Below, piece by piece: positions 39,334 to 48,049 of a stretch of 64,000 bases of DNA. This stretch comes from Syntrophorhabdaceae bacterium (GTDB taxonomy: Bacteria > Desulfobacterota > Syntrophorhabdia > Syntrophorhabdales > Syntrophorhabdaceae), in assembly GCA_963666485.2 (NCBI GenBank), contig CAXXUO010000003.1, positions 320,001 through 384,000 on the forward strand. Reading direction: 5' to 3'. The first letter of the stretch is position 1; every line of letters starts with the position of its first letter. A program made the translations under genes and the position numbers. The notes under the pieces were generated by a model. That model did no database searches. It was given only the letters and a program-made list of their open reading frames with translations, and had not been told where the DNA came from.

Positions 39334-40807
39334 GCGTCAGCGAAACGTTCTTATTGTATCCATGGTCACGGCCCTGGTCCTGGTGATTATTTTTGCCGCC
39401 GTTCTTTTGAAAACAAAGGCGTGTGCGAGCCGGGTACCGTTCGGGCCCGGAAAAGTGCTCGAGATACAGGATAAACCGACGAGTCCTGTCGACCTTTCGA
39501 CTGCCATCATCACTGTCGCGAAGCAGACGATCCCCTCTGTCGTCTATATTCAGGTGACGCAAACGAGGACAGTCGAAAACCCCTTTTTACCCTTTCTGAA
39601 CGACCCGTTCTTCCGCCGCTTCTTTGGCACCCCCAAGATGCAGCCGCGTTTCAAGCAGGAGATAACGGGGGTCGGCTCGGGAATGATAATAGATAACAGC
39701 GGGAACATCCTGACAAACAGCCACGTGGCGATGAATGCGACGAAAATGACAGTCATGCTCTCGGACGGCAGCCGCCACGAAGGCCAGTTGGTGGGTGCGG
39801 ACCCCAAGACAGACCTTGCCGTCATCAGGATCACGCCGCCCGTCAAATTACCTCCTGTTGTTTTCGGGGATTCGGACAAGGTCGAGGTCGGAGAATGGGT
39901 AGTCGCCATCGGTGCGCCGCAAGCCCTCGAGAAGAGCGTAACACAGGGGATCGTCAGCGGAATGCACCGGACGGGGGTAAGTGAGCCCACGAATTACCAG
40001 GATTTCTTACAGACCGACGCCCCGATCAACCCGGGCAACAGCGGAGGCCCGCTCCTCAATATGTACGGGCAGGTCATAGGCGTTAATGCGGCAATTGCGA
40101 CGTCGTCCGGGGGCTTCGAGGGGATCGGTTTCACGATACCCAGTAATATCGCGGTATATGTTGCGAAGGCGCTTATCCAGACGGGCAGGATCGAGAGGGG
40201 GTGGCTCGGTGTGACCACACGTGATGTCCCGCCTGAAGAGGTGAAGGACGGTACCGGTAAAGCCCCTGTGGGGTCCATGATCGAGGCGGTCGCAAAAGGA
40301 GGCCCTGCCGAAAGGGCGGGCCTTGTGAAGGGTGATGTCATTATCGCGTTCAACGGTAAGGAGATAACAAACACCAATGACCTGAGGAACAGGGTGTCGC
40401 AGACATCTCCTGGCACAGTGGTGACGCTTACCATCCTGCGCGGCGGAAAACGGCAGGACATAAAGGTCACGACGGGAAGCGAAAAGGACGCGGCGCAATC
40501 GCTCGCCATGTCGCTGCGAGGCAGGCTTGGCGGCCAATTCCGGGCGCTGACGGATGCCGAGGTCCAGAAATACCAGCTAAAAGAGGGCTTTGGCGTTATC
40601 ATAACATCCGTTGATCCCGGCGGGCCGTTAGGCCAGGCGGGGTTCGAGGTGAACGACGGGATACTGGGCATAGACAAACAGCCGGTCGCGGGGGTTGAGG
40701 GCCTTGCCACCCTCCTGGCAACGGTGAAGCCGGGTCAAAAGGTCAGTGTGGTTGCGCTTGACCACCGCTCCGGCGGAACGGGGAGCATCGATGTGACCGT
40801 GCGGTGA
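39317..40807 (+). CDS. degP: DegP/DegQ (Do) serine protease with 2 PDZ domains
   Basis: TNSHV, TDLAV, QTDAPINPGNSGG, RGWLG; AAGGAGG RBS before GTG 39317. Confidence 0.92.
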   Translation: MNRTDKRQRNVLIVSMVTALVLVIIFAAVLLKTKACASRVPFGPGKVLEIQDKPTSPVDLSTAIITVAKQTIPSVVYIQVTQTRTVENPFLPFLNDPFFRRFFGTPKMQPRFKQEITGVGSGMIIDNSGNILTNSHVAMNATKMTVMLSDGSRHEGQLVGADPKTDLAVIRITPPVKLPPVVFGDSDKVEVGEWVVAIGAPQALEKSVTQGIVSGMHRTGVSEPTNYQDFLQTDAPINPGNSGGPLLNMYGQVIGVNAAIATSSGGFEGIGFTIPSNIAVYVAKALIQTGRIERGWLGVTTRDVPPEEVKDGTGKAPVGSMIEAVAKGGPAERAGLVKGDVIIAFNGKEITNTNDLRNRVSQTSPGTVVTLTILRGGKRQDIKVTTGSEKDAAQSLAMSLRGRLGGQFRALTDAEVQKYQLKEGFGVIITSVDPGGPLGQAGFEVNDGILGIDKQPVAGVEGLATLLATVKPGQKVSVVALDHRSGGTGSIDVTVR

Positions 40808-40833
40808 TGCGTTCTGCCGTGACACCCGGCCGA

Positions 40834-41124
40834 TCACCTATAGAATTGCCTGCCCGCAGCGTCTTTGCATACGGCGTTGCCCTCGCTGTCGGTCCAGCAC
40901 GCCCAGCAGCGGCCATAGCAATCCTTGTATATGGCGTTGCAGAGACCGACAGCACGCTGTGACGGGTTGAATACGTCAAGGTTCCCGACCTCGTCGTACG
41001 TTGTCTCATCACCGATGTAACAGCCGACGGCAATGTCGTCCCCGTCCTGTCCGGACACGGTGCCGGGGACAAGAGCGACACTGAACAGGGAGACAATGAA
41101 TATAATGAGAGATGTCTTTATCAT
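40834..41124 (-). CDS. Small secreted six-Cys hypothetical protein
   Basis: Signal peptide; C..CNAIYKDCYGRCWAC..C. Confidence 0.7.
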   Translation of the reverse strand: MIKTSLIIFIVSLFSVALVPGTVSGQDGDDIAVGCYIGDETTYDEVGNLDVFNPSQRAVGLCNAIYKDCYGRCWACWTDSEGNAVCKDAAGRQFYR

Positions 41125-41324
41125 TTGTTCGGTCTCATACGTACTCGTTGCATGAACGCCCGTCTCAACACTGCAGTCCGCGATGCGAGGTACATATCAT
41201 AATGATAAGACTCACGCCGGACCGGGCAAGGTATTGCGGTCCTGAAGCGGCTGTGAGCGCCGATTTACCGGCCATCGTATCGCCGGAATATGCAGGATCA
41301 ATAAACGGCAGGGTGACATGAGTG

Positions 41325-41355
41325 AAAAAAAGGGCTGCGTTTTATCGCAGCCCTT
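41325..41355 (-). terminator. Rho-independent terminator of the tRNA
   Basis: AAGGGCTGCG/CGCAGCCCTT stem with an A7 run (U-tract on the minus strand). Confidence 0.8.
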
Positions 41356-41364
41356 AAAGATTCT

Positions 41365-41441
<77 letters not shown>

Positions 41442-41541
41442 ATCGAATGCAATAAAATAAAGAATAAACGGGTCAAAGTCAAGGGCAATCAGAGGCCAAT
41501 TCCGCGCAGAGGACGGGGAATTGGATGCTAAAGAGAGGTTT

Positions 41542-42186
41542 TTACGGAAGAAATATTCTGATAAGTTCGAGGATAAGGGACTGAAAAAAACGTATGACCG
41601 GGTTTAAGAGGCCGATATAAAGAAGACCGATGATAATGAACATTCCGTAAGGCTCGATACGCTCCAGGGAGTACCTCATTTCGTTCGGCAGAAATGACAT
41701 GAGCACTTTTGAGCCGTCGAGCGGGGGGATCGGGATGATATTGAATGCGGCCAGCAGTATGTTGATGTACGCAACGATCCCGAGCGCCTGGTGGAGAAGC
41801 TGCACGTCATACGTTATAGTTAGCCTGCTCACGAGAAGGGCCGCGAATGCGAACAGGAAATTGGCGCCCACGCCCGCGATCGACACCAGGAATATGCCTT
41901 TTCTCAGGTTGTGGAAATTAAGGTAATTGACAGGTACCGGGCGCGCCCAGCCGAACCCGAAGATAAGAAGGGCTATCGTCCCGAAAACATCGAGATGTTT
42001 AAAAGGATTAAGGGTAAGCCTGCCAAGCCATTTGGCTGTCTGATCGCCCATCAGGTAGGCGACCCACCCGTGGGCCACCTCGTGAATAACGAGGGAAAAT
42101 ATGAGGATCGGGAAGACCAGGACGAAGATAAGCGGGTTTTTGAAAAGAATTCCGATCAGTCCGGGGAGATTGCTGAAGAGGTCCAT
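41542..42186 (-). CDS. Site-2 protease (M50)
   Basis: HEVAH, GRLTLNP, FNIIPIPPLDG. Confidence 0.93.
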   Translation of the reverse strand: MDLFSNLPGLIGILFKNPLIFVLVFPILIFSLVIHEVAHGWVAYLMGDQTAKWLGRLTLNPFKHLDVFGTIALLIFGFGWARPVPVNYLNFHNLRKGIFLVSIAGVGANFLFAFAALLVSRLTITYDVQLLHQALGIVAYINILLAAFNIIPIPPLDGSKVLMSFLPNEMRYSLERIEPYGMFIIIGLLYIGLLNPVIRFFQSLILELIRIFLP

Positions 42187-42364
42187 GAGAGCGACTTACA
42201 CTATTCCACAGGTAACGCTGAATTGCAACGAAATTTCATTAAGCTTTAGGTAATATGACCTATATTCCGATAACATAATTGACAAAGATAGGATGGTATG
42301 ATACTAAGAAAAAACTGTGCAAGACCTGTAGGCAGTAAATTATTGCGGTGATGGACGCCAGCTG

Positions 42365-44335
42365 ATGAGCGATGACGAGAACAGGGGAAGTTCAAAAAAG
42401 ATCTTTCCCGACATTCCTGATATAAACGGCACCCCGGATGTTGGCCTGACCGTCCCGCTGAAGGTGCGCGCATTTGTCATCCGCCACCTGGAACTGGCCT
42501 TTGTTCTTCTTATTGCAATTCTCGTGTGCGCTATCTTTTTTCTCCTTCCCTTCCGGTTCGCCTTTCTTAACCTGTTCTATCTCCCGGTGCTCCTTGCCGC
42601 ATATATCCTCGGCAGGCGCAAAGCGCTTTATGCCTGTCTCAACATTATCATCCTTGTTGTCGTGACCGCGATCATGAGGCCTGAATGGTTCACCGTCGGC
42701 GGGACCATCGCAAGCACTCTCATCATGATCGTCATATGGGGCGCATCCCTTGTCATCACGAGCACCGGTATCGGGTCAATGCAGGAGAGGCTGGCCAAGG
42801 GGTTCGAAGAGACGCGCCGTTTATACGAAGAATTGAAGCGCAGCCGCGTTGCCGAAGAAATGAAGGAGAAGGTCGAGAAGACCCTCTACACGACCATGGA
42901 CCCGGTCGTTGCCAAGCTGGCTACAGAGGGAAAGCTCAGGATAGAGAAGCGCGAGATCAGCATAATGTTCTGCGACCTGACTGATTTCACGGCATATTCC
43001 GACCAGAACCCCCCTGACATAGTCCTCGACGAGCTCAACCGTTTTATCGGGCACCTTGAACCTGTCGTCGAACTTTACCGCGGTCATATCGACAAGTACA
43101 TGGGCGACGGCGTGATGGTCGAATTCGGGGCGCCGATCGATTATGCCCAGCACGCCCTGATGGCCGTTATTGCGGCCATTAAAATGCAGCAGAAGATGAA
43201 AGAGATCGGCCTGCCGTGGAAGCTGCGCATCGGTATTGCAACGGGGCACACCATCGTCGGGATGATGGGTGTCCACAGGCAGGCATACAGCGCGATCGGC
43301 GACAGGGTGAATGTCGCCAAGCGCCTCGAAGAGATATGCCAGCCGGAGAAGATTTATGTCGATGAATTTACATATAAACTCGTCGATCCCTTCACCGATG
43401 TCGTCAAGCTTCGCAACATGGGGTACAGCAGGCAGTCGGACAAGACCCTTCTCGAAGAACTTGTCGTTCTCGAGGCAACTTTGGCCGAAAAAGGCGAAAG
43501 CGCCGAACTCCTGTACGAGATGGGACAGAAGCATTTCGGGCTGCATGATGCTTCGGCCGCGATCGCATGCTTTGAGCGGGCGCTCGCCCTTGATCCGGAT
43601 TCCACCGAGATACGTCTTGCCTATGCCGACGCAAACTTGAGAAGGGACGAGTTTGAGAAATTTCAGCTCAAAGGCAAGCTGCACAAGATCGCCGTGTTCG
43701 AGGTCAAGGGGCTCAAGAACCGCTGGGATGACCCCGCTATTATCCCCTCTTCCGTCTCCGAGAAGTATCGCTCCGTCGAGGCATCCCTTAAGCTGCCTGC
43801 CGATCTCGTGCTCGCTGTCGAATCTCTCGACGGCTCGGTCGGGCGGGGCCATCTCGTCGGAATGCTTTCCTACGTTATCGCCGACAGACTTAACCTGACT
43901 GAAGATCTGAAACAGATCATTTTGCAGGCCGGCTATCTGCAGGACCTCGGGAAAGAGGCCGTACCACATCATATCCTCAACCGCCAGGCCAGCCTCACCG
44001 ATCACGAGATCAAGTTTGTCGAGAAGTACGTGCTCGAAAGCGTTGCATCCTTGAAGAGGCTCGGCTATACCGATGACCGGTTGCTCGAGATAGTAAGGCA
44101 CCATCACGAGCTCTGGAACGGCAACGGGTATCCTGATAAGCTGAAAGGCGAAGAGATCCCGGTCGGGGCGCGCATAACAGGCCTTGCGGAGGATTTCAGC
44201 GCGATGACATCCTGGCGCCCGTACCGCGCCGCCTGGGACGCCCGTCTCGCACTCAACGAGATCAAGAAGAATACCGAAAAAGGCTGCTACGATCCGCAGA
44301 TAGTCGATATCCTCTTCGAAATACTTCGGCCGTAA
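42365..44335 (+). CDS. Membrane-bound class III adenylate cyclase with TPR insert and degenerate HD-GYP domain
   Basis: About 4 TM helices; FCDLTDFT, IDKYMGDG, IGDRVNVAKRLE, LKGK; TPR; HHHELWNGNGYP, RPYR. Confidence 0.88.
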   Translation: MSDDENRGSSKKIFPDIPDINGTPDVGLTVPLKVRAFVIRHLELAFVLLIAILVCAIFFLLPFRFAFLNLFYLPVLLAAYILGRRKALYACLNIIILVVVTAIMRPEWFTVGGTIASTLIMIVIWGASLVITSTGIGSMQERLAKGFEETRRLYEELKRSRVAEEMKEKVEKTLYTTMDPVVAKLATEGKLRIEKREISIMFCDLTDFTAYSDQNPPDIVLDELNRFIGHLEPVVELYRGHIDKYMGDGVMVEFGAPIDYAQHALMAVIAAIKMQQKMKEIGLPWKLRIGIATGHTIVGMMGVHRQAYSAIGDRVNVAKRLEEICQPEKIYVDEFTYKLVDPFTDVVKLRNMGYSRQSDKTLLEELVVLEATLAEKGESAELLYEMGQKHFGLHDASAAIACFERALALDPDSTEIRLAYADANLRRDEFEKFQLKGKLHKIAVFEVKGLKNRWDDPAIIPSSVSEKYRSVEASLKLPADLVLAVESLDGSVGRGHLVGMLSYVIADRLNLTEDLKQIILQAGYLQDLGKEAVPHHILNRQASLTDHEIKFVEKYVLESVASLKRLGYTDDRLLEIVRHHHELWNGNGYPDKLKGEEIPVGARITGLAEDFSAMTSWRPYRAAWDARLALNEIKKNTEKGCYDPQIVDILFEILRP

Positions 44336-44473
44336 GCTGAAAAACCCATATCCTCCCTTCACGGCCGTCCGATAATCTGGTAAAATCAACCGAGTTTATC
44401 GCCACATGCATTGGGCTGTCCCGGCCAATCATGCGTGGGAGACCTTAAATACCTCGACGCGGAGTGAAGTCCC

Positions 44474-47242
44474 TTGAAACGCGGAAGACCATTGCCATCT
44501 CCGGTTGCCAGCTTCCTGTTGCTTATTGCGGCCCTCGTTTTGACGCTTTTCCCCTGTTCTTCCACACGGGGAGACGGTCTTCTTCCGGGTTATTCGGAAT
44601 CAGTGCAGCTTGCGGCAGGCCACGCGGCAAACCCTGCGGGATGGCAGCCGGCCTCGCTCTACGTCATCCCTGATCCGGGAGGTACGGAAGGGCTCTTTTA
44701 CGACGGGGGAAAGCTCATTGTCCGTACCGCGACAAAATCGGGCAATTTCAAAGGGAATTTTGTCGGCCAGCCCGCCTACAAGATCTATGGAGACCCGTCG
44801 GTCGAGGCGGCATGGGTGACGACTGGCAATGACGCAACACGCTTCCTCCTCGCGAACTCGGTGAACGGCAGCAACGTGACACGGCTTCTCGAACGGGGAT
44901 TGGGGATGGACGCAACCGGCACCCACGATGCGATCGTCGAGTATTCGGTCAATACCGGATATATCATGCGGCCGACGAAAAACCCCGATATCTCCCAATA
45001 TCTCCCGGCACAGTACGGGCAGAACATGCCGTTCGTGAAGCCTGCCGGGATGAGTGACGCCGATTTCGAAAAATTCAAGACATATTACAACTACTGGGTA
45101 TCCATGGCCTATTCCTCGTATAATTTCCCCTTCACACAGCTTGGCTATACCTTCTTCTGGGGCAACGGGTACAGCCTGGGGAACATTAACGGAATGTCTG
45201 AATTCATAATCCTCGGCCAGACCCCGGTCAATATTTATGGCATTTACGCCACGCAATCGTATATCTATACGCGCAACGACGGGACGAATTTCAGCACTGC
45301 GGCCGGGGCGTCATACGGGAACGGCTTTGCGAGCTTTAAGATAGACGGTTCATGCGACACGGTCTGGGCGGGTCACCGCTTCCAGAAGAACGTCCGGACA
45401 GCGATAGCGACACCCAACCAGATCATAATCGATAGCTCAGGCAGCGTCTCGGGCGGCCAGGGGATCCTCGTCTGGTCCCTGAATTACGATGTGGTCAATA
45501 ACGGGAGCATCACGGGTGCAACTGCGAACAAGTTCAACATTGCAAACACGTCCAACATTGCCGTGCTATTCAAAGGCGACACAGGCAGCGCATACGGGAC
45601 ACCGATCACAACGGCGGGAGCCGTGAACCGGCTTACGAATGCGGGGCTTATTTCAAGTCCCGGGACAGCGATAAAGGCAGAAGCGGGCGACACGGTCATC
45701 ACGAACAATGCCGGGGGCACGATCTCCGGTGGCAACTATGCGATACAAACAGGGCCGGGGAATGACACGGTCACGGTCAACGGCGGCCGGATAACGGGAA
45801 ATATAGACCTGGGCGCGGGAACGGATGCGGTCAACGTGACGGGGGCGAACCAGGCTCAGTTCGACGTGCCGCTCGACCGGGCCCTTATGAACACACCGCG
45901 GATAGTCAACGCTGAGACCGTGACGATCGCCAACAATACGAAATTCTCTCTGATCCCCGGGCGGGAGAACATTCGTGACAACGACCGTTTTCTCGTTGTC
46001 GACGCAACTGCCCTGAACGTCAGCCCGTCAAATCTTGTGATCACGCCGATTACCCCGCTTCCGATGATCCGTTTTTCCGCGGCCAACGAAAGCAACAAGT
46101 TATATATCGTCTCGTCCCGCGACAATTCCTACTACACGCAGCTAAGCGGCAATCCTTCCCTGGGGGCTGTCATCGACAGCCTCGCCAACACCGGGACCGG
46201 CGACATGTCCTACGTGATCGGAGGGCTTGACACATCGGGAAATGCGGCAAATGCCCGCAAGCTCGGGCCGTCTGTCGATCAGGGCATTCTCCAGACAGCC
46301 TTCGGGACCGTCGGCCGCTTTACGCAGACGGTAATAAGCCGGTTGGACCAGGTCCAGAAAAGCAACGTGATGCTGGCGAGCCTGGCGCCGGTATCGATCG
46401 GCAAGGATTCCGCGAAATGGAGTGCCTGGGCCCAGGGTTTCGGGGCCTATCTCAACCAGGACCCCCGTGACCTCAGCATGGGTTACACCGCGCAGATATG
46501 GGGCACTTCCCTCGGGGCGGACAGGCTCTTTTCCGATCACTCCCTGCTTGGCATAAGCGGGGGCTATGCGAAAACATATATCAGGACAAGCGATTCAGCC
46601 ACGTGGACGGACATTGCGAGTTACCAGGGAAGCGTTTACGCCAGCTACTTCAGGGACCGCTGGTACCTCGACGGAGTGGTCTCCTTTGCACGCAATCAGT
46701 ACGACCAGTCGAGACATATATACTTCGGCACCATCGACCGCACCGCGCGCTCTGACTACAGAGGGTACCAGTATTCAGGGTACGTCGAGGGCGGATATAC
46801 GTTCAAGACGGGCGGATGGGACATTACCCCGCTTGCCTCCCTTCAGTATGCCCACCTGCATATCCCCGGCTATTCGGAGACCGGTGCCGATTCAGTCAGC
46901 CTGGCCGTCGGGCCCCAGGATTACGACATGCTCCAGTCGGGAATCGGTGCGAAATTCACTTACCCCGTTCAATGGAACGATTCAAAGATCATCCCGGAAT
47001 TTCACCTCAGATGGTTCTACGATTTCATCGGCGACCGCCAGCAGGTAACCTCGACGTTCACCGGCGGCGGCGCATCGTTTGTCACGGAAGGATTCAAACC
47101 CGCCCAATCGAGCTATAATGCCGGCGCGCGTATTACCCTCGTCAACAAATACGGCATCACCGCATCACTGAATTATGATTTTGAGATAAAGCAGGATTTC
47201 TACAGTCATACGGGCTACGCAAATATACAAATCCCGTTCTAG
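44474..47242 (+). CDS. Autotransporter with uncharacterised N-terminal passenger domain
   Basis: Signal-like hydrophobic segment; G/N-rich beta-helix; beta-barrel from WAQGFG to terminal F. Confidence 0.88.
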   Translation: MKRGRPLPSPVASFLLLIAALVLTLFPCSSTRGDGLLPGYSESVQLAAGHAANPAGWQPASLYVIPDPGGTEGLFYDGGKLIVRTATKSGNFKGNFVGQPAYKIYGDPSVEAAWVTTGNDATRFLLANSVNGSNVTRLLERGLGMDATGTHDAIVEYSVNTGYIMRPTKNPDISQYLPAQYGQNMPFVKPAGMSDADFEKFKTYYNYWVSMAYSSYNFPFTQLGYTFFWGNGYSLGNINGMSEFIILGQTPVNIYGIYATQSYIYTRNDGTNFSTAAGASYGNGFASFKIDGSCDTVWAGHRFQKNVRTAIATPNQIIIDSSGSVSGGQGILVWSLNYDVVNNGSITGATANKFNIANTSNIAVLFKGDTGSAYGTPITTAGAVNRLTNAGLISSPGTAIKAEAGDTVITNNAGGTISGGNYAIQTGPGNDTVTVNGGRITGNIDLGAGTDAVNVTGANQAQFDVPLDRALMNTPRIVNAETVTIANNTKFSLIPGRENIRDNDRFLVVDATALNVSPSNLVITPITPLPMIRFSAANESNKLYIVSSRDNSYYTQLSGNPSLGAVIDSLANTGTGDMSYVIGGLDTSGNAANARKLGPSVDQGILQTAFGTVGRFTQTVISRLDQVQKSNVMLASLAPVSIGKDSAKWSAWAQGFGAYLNQDPRDLSMGYTAQIWGTSLGADRLFSDHSLLGISGGYAKTYIRTSDSATWTDIASYQGSVYASYFRDRWYLDGVVSFARNQYDQSRHIYFGTIDRTARSDYRGYQYSGYVEGGYTFKTGGWDITPLASLQYAHLHIPGYSETGADSVSLAVGPQDYDMLQSGIGAKFTYPVQWNDSKIIPEFHLRWFYDFIGDRQQVTSTFTGGGASFVTEGFKPAQSSYNAGARITLVNKYGITASLNYDFEIKQDFYSHTGYANIQIPF

Positions 47243-47318
47243 GTTCAAGGTTCTACGTTCCGGATTGCCTCACGTGCCCGTCTCTTAACCTTGAACCTTA
47301 ACCTTTGAACCTTGAACC
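47243..47318. repeat. Inverted heptamer repeat arrays (GTTCnnn ... CTTGAAC)
   Basis: gttcaag gttctac gttccgg ... cttaac cttgaac cttaac ctttgaac cttgaac. Confidence 0.65.
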
Positions 47319-47326
47319 CTTTTTTC

Positions 47327-47941
47327 TCATCCTTCCGCTGTCACCGCCTTCGGATACGTCGCCATGTGAGGTGCCATGGCAGCCCCGAGCCAGGCGATGG
47401 ACCTGCCGAGGTCTACCATGTTGCGCAGGCCCTCGGCGTCGCCGGCAACGTCGCCCTTGTCGAGTCCGAACCCGAGGTTCCAGTACGTCGAGCCGGGGAT
47501 AATGACGCCCGACATGAGGAACATGTGGTTTATCGTGTCGAATACGTGCGTGCCGCCGCCGCGCCTGACCGCGACCACCGCGGCACCGATCTTTCCCCTT
47601 AAGAGCCCGCCATTCGCTACGCTCACGAAACCGGCCCGGTCAAGAAGTGCCTTCATCTCGGCGCTGACGTCCGTGAAGTAGGTCGGGCTCCCGAGTATTA
47701 TCGCCTGCGACGCAAGCATCTTTTCGAAGTACTCGTTGAAGATGTCCGTTTTCATCGTGCACCGGGCATCCTGTGTGTCGAAACACTTGTAACACGCCGA
47801 GCACCCCCGGATCTTCTTCCCGCCAACCTGGAGATACTCCGTCTCCCACCCCGCGGCCGCAAGAGGTTCCAACGCTTTCTTCAACAGAATTTCGGTGTTC
47901 CCGCCTTTGCGCGGACTCCCATTGATAGCGATGACCTTCAT
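47327..47941 (-). CDS. Iron-sulfur flavoprotein / NADPH-dependent FMN reductase family
   Basis: NGSPRKGGNT, CSACYKC..C, GSPTYF, RRGGG. Confidence 0.9.
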   Translation of the reverse strand: MKVIAINGSPRKGGNTEILLKKALEPLAAAGWETEYLQVGGKKIRGCSACYKCFDTQDARCTMKTDIFNEYFEKMLASQAIILGSPTYFTDVSAEMKALLDRAGFVSVANGGLLRGKIGAAVVAVRRGGGTHVFDTINHMFLMSGVIIPGSTYWNLGFGLDKGDVAGDAEGLRNMVDLGRSIAWLGAAMAPHMATYPKAVTAEG

Positions 47942-47960
47942 AATGCCCCCTTCGTTAATA

Positions 47961-48041
47961 GTTCCGCGTTCTATGTTCCGCATCCCGGGTTGGGAATTGA
48001 ATCCTTGTTTAACGTGGAACCTGGAACGTGGAACCTGGAAC
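47961..48041. repeat. Inverted heptamer repeat arrays (GTTCCGC ... GGAACCT/GGAACGT)
   Basis: gttccgc gttctat gttccgc ... aacgtgg aacctgg aacgtgg aacctgg aac. Confidence 0.7.
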
Positions 48042-48049
48042 TGTCTTTG

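Noticed and set aside
42821..44389. 522-aa antisense ORF, and similar long shadows (47990-49513, 4896-5966, 31625-32689, 9662-10573)
   Set aside because: They lie opposite well-supported genes and show no motifs; they are typical GC-rich codon-bias shadows
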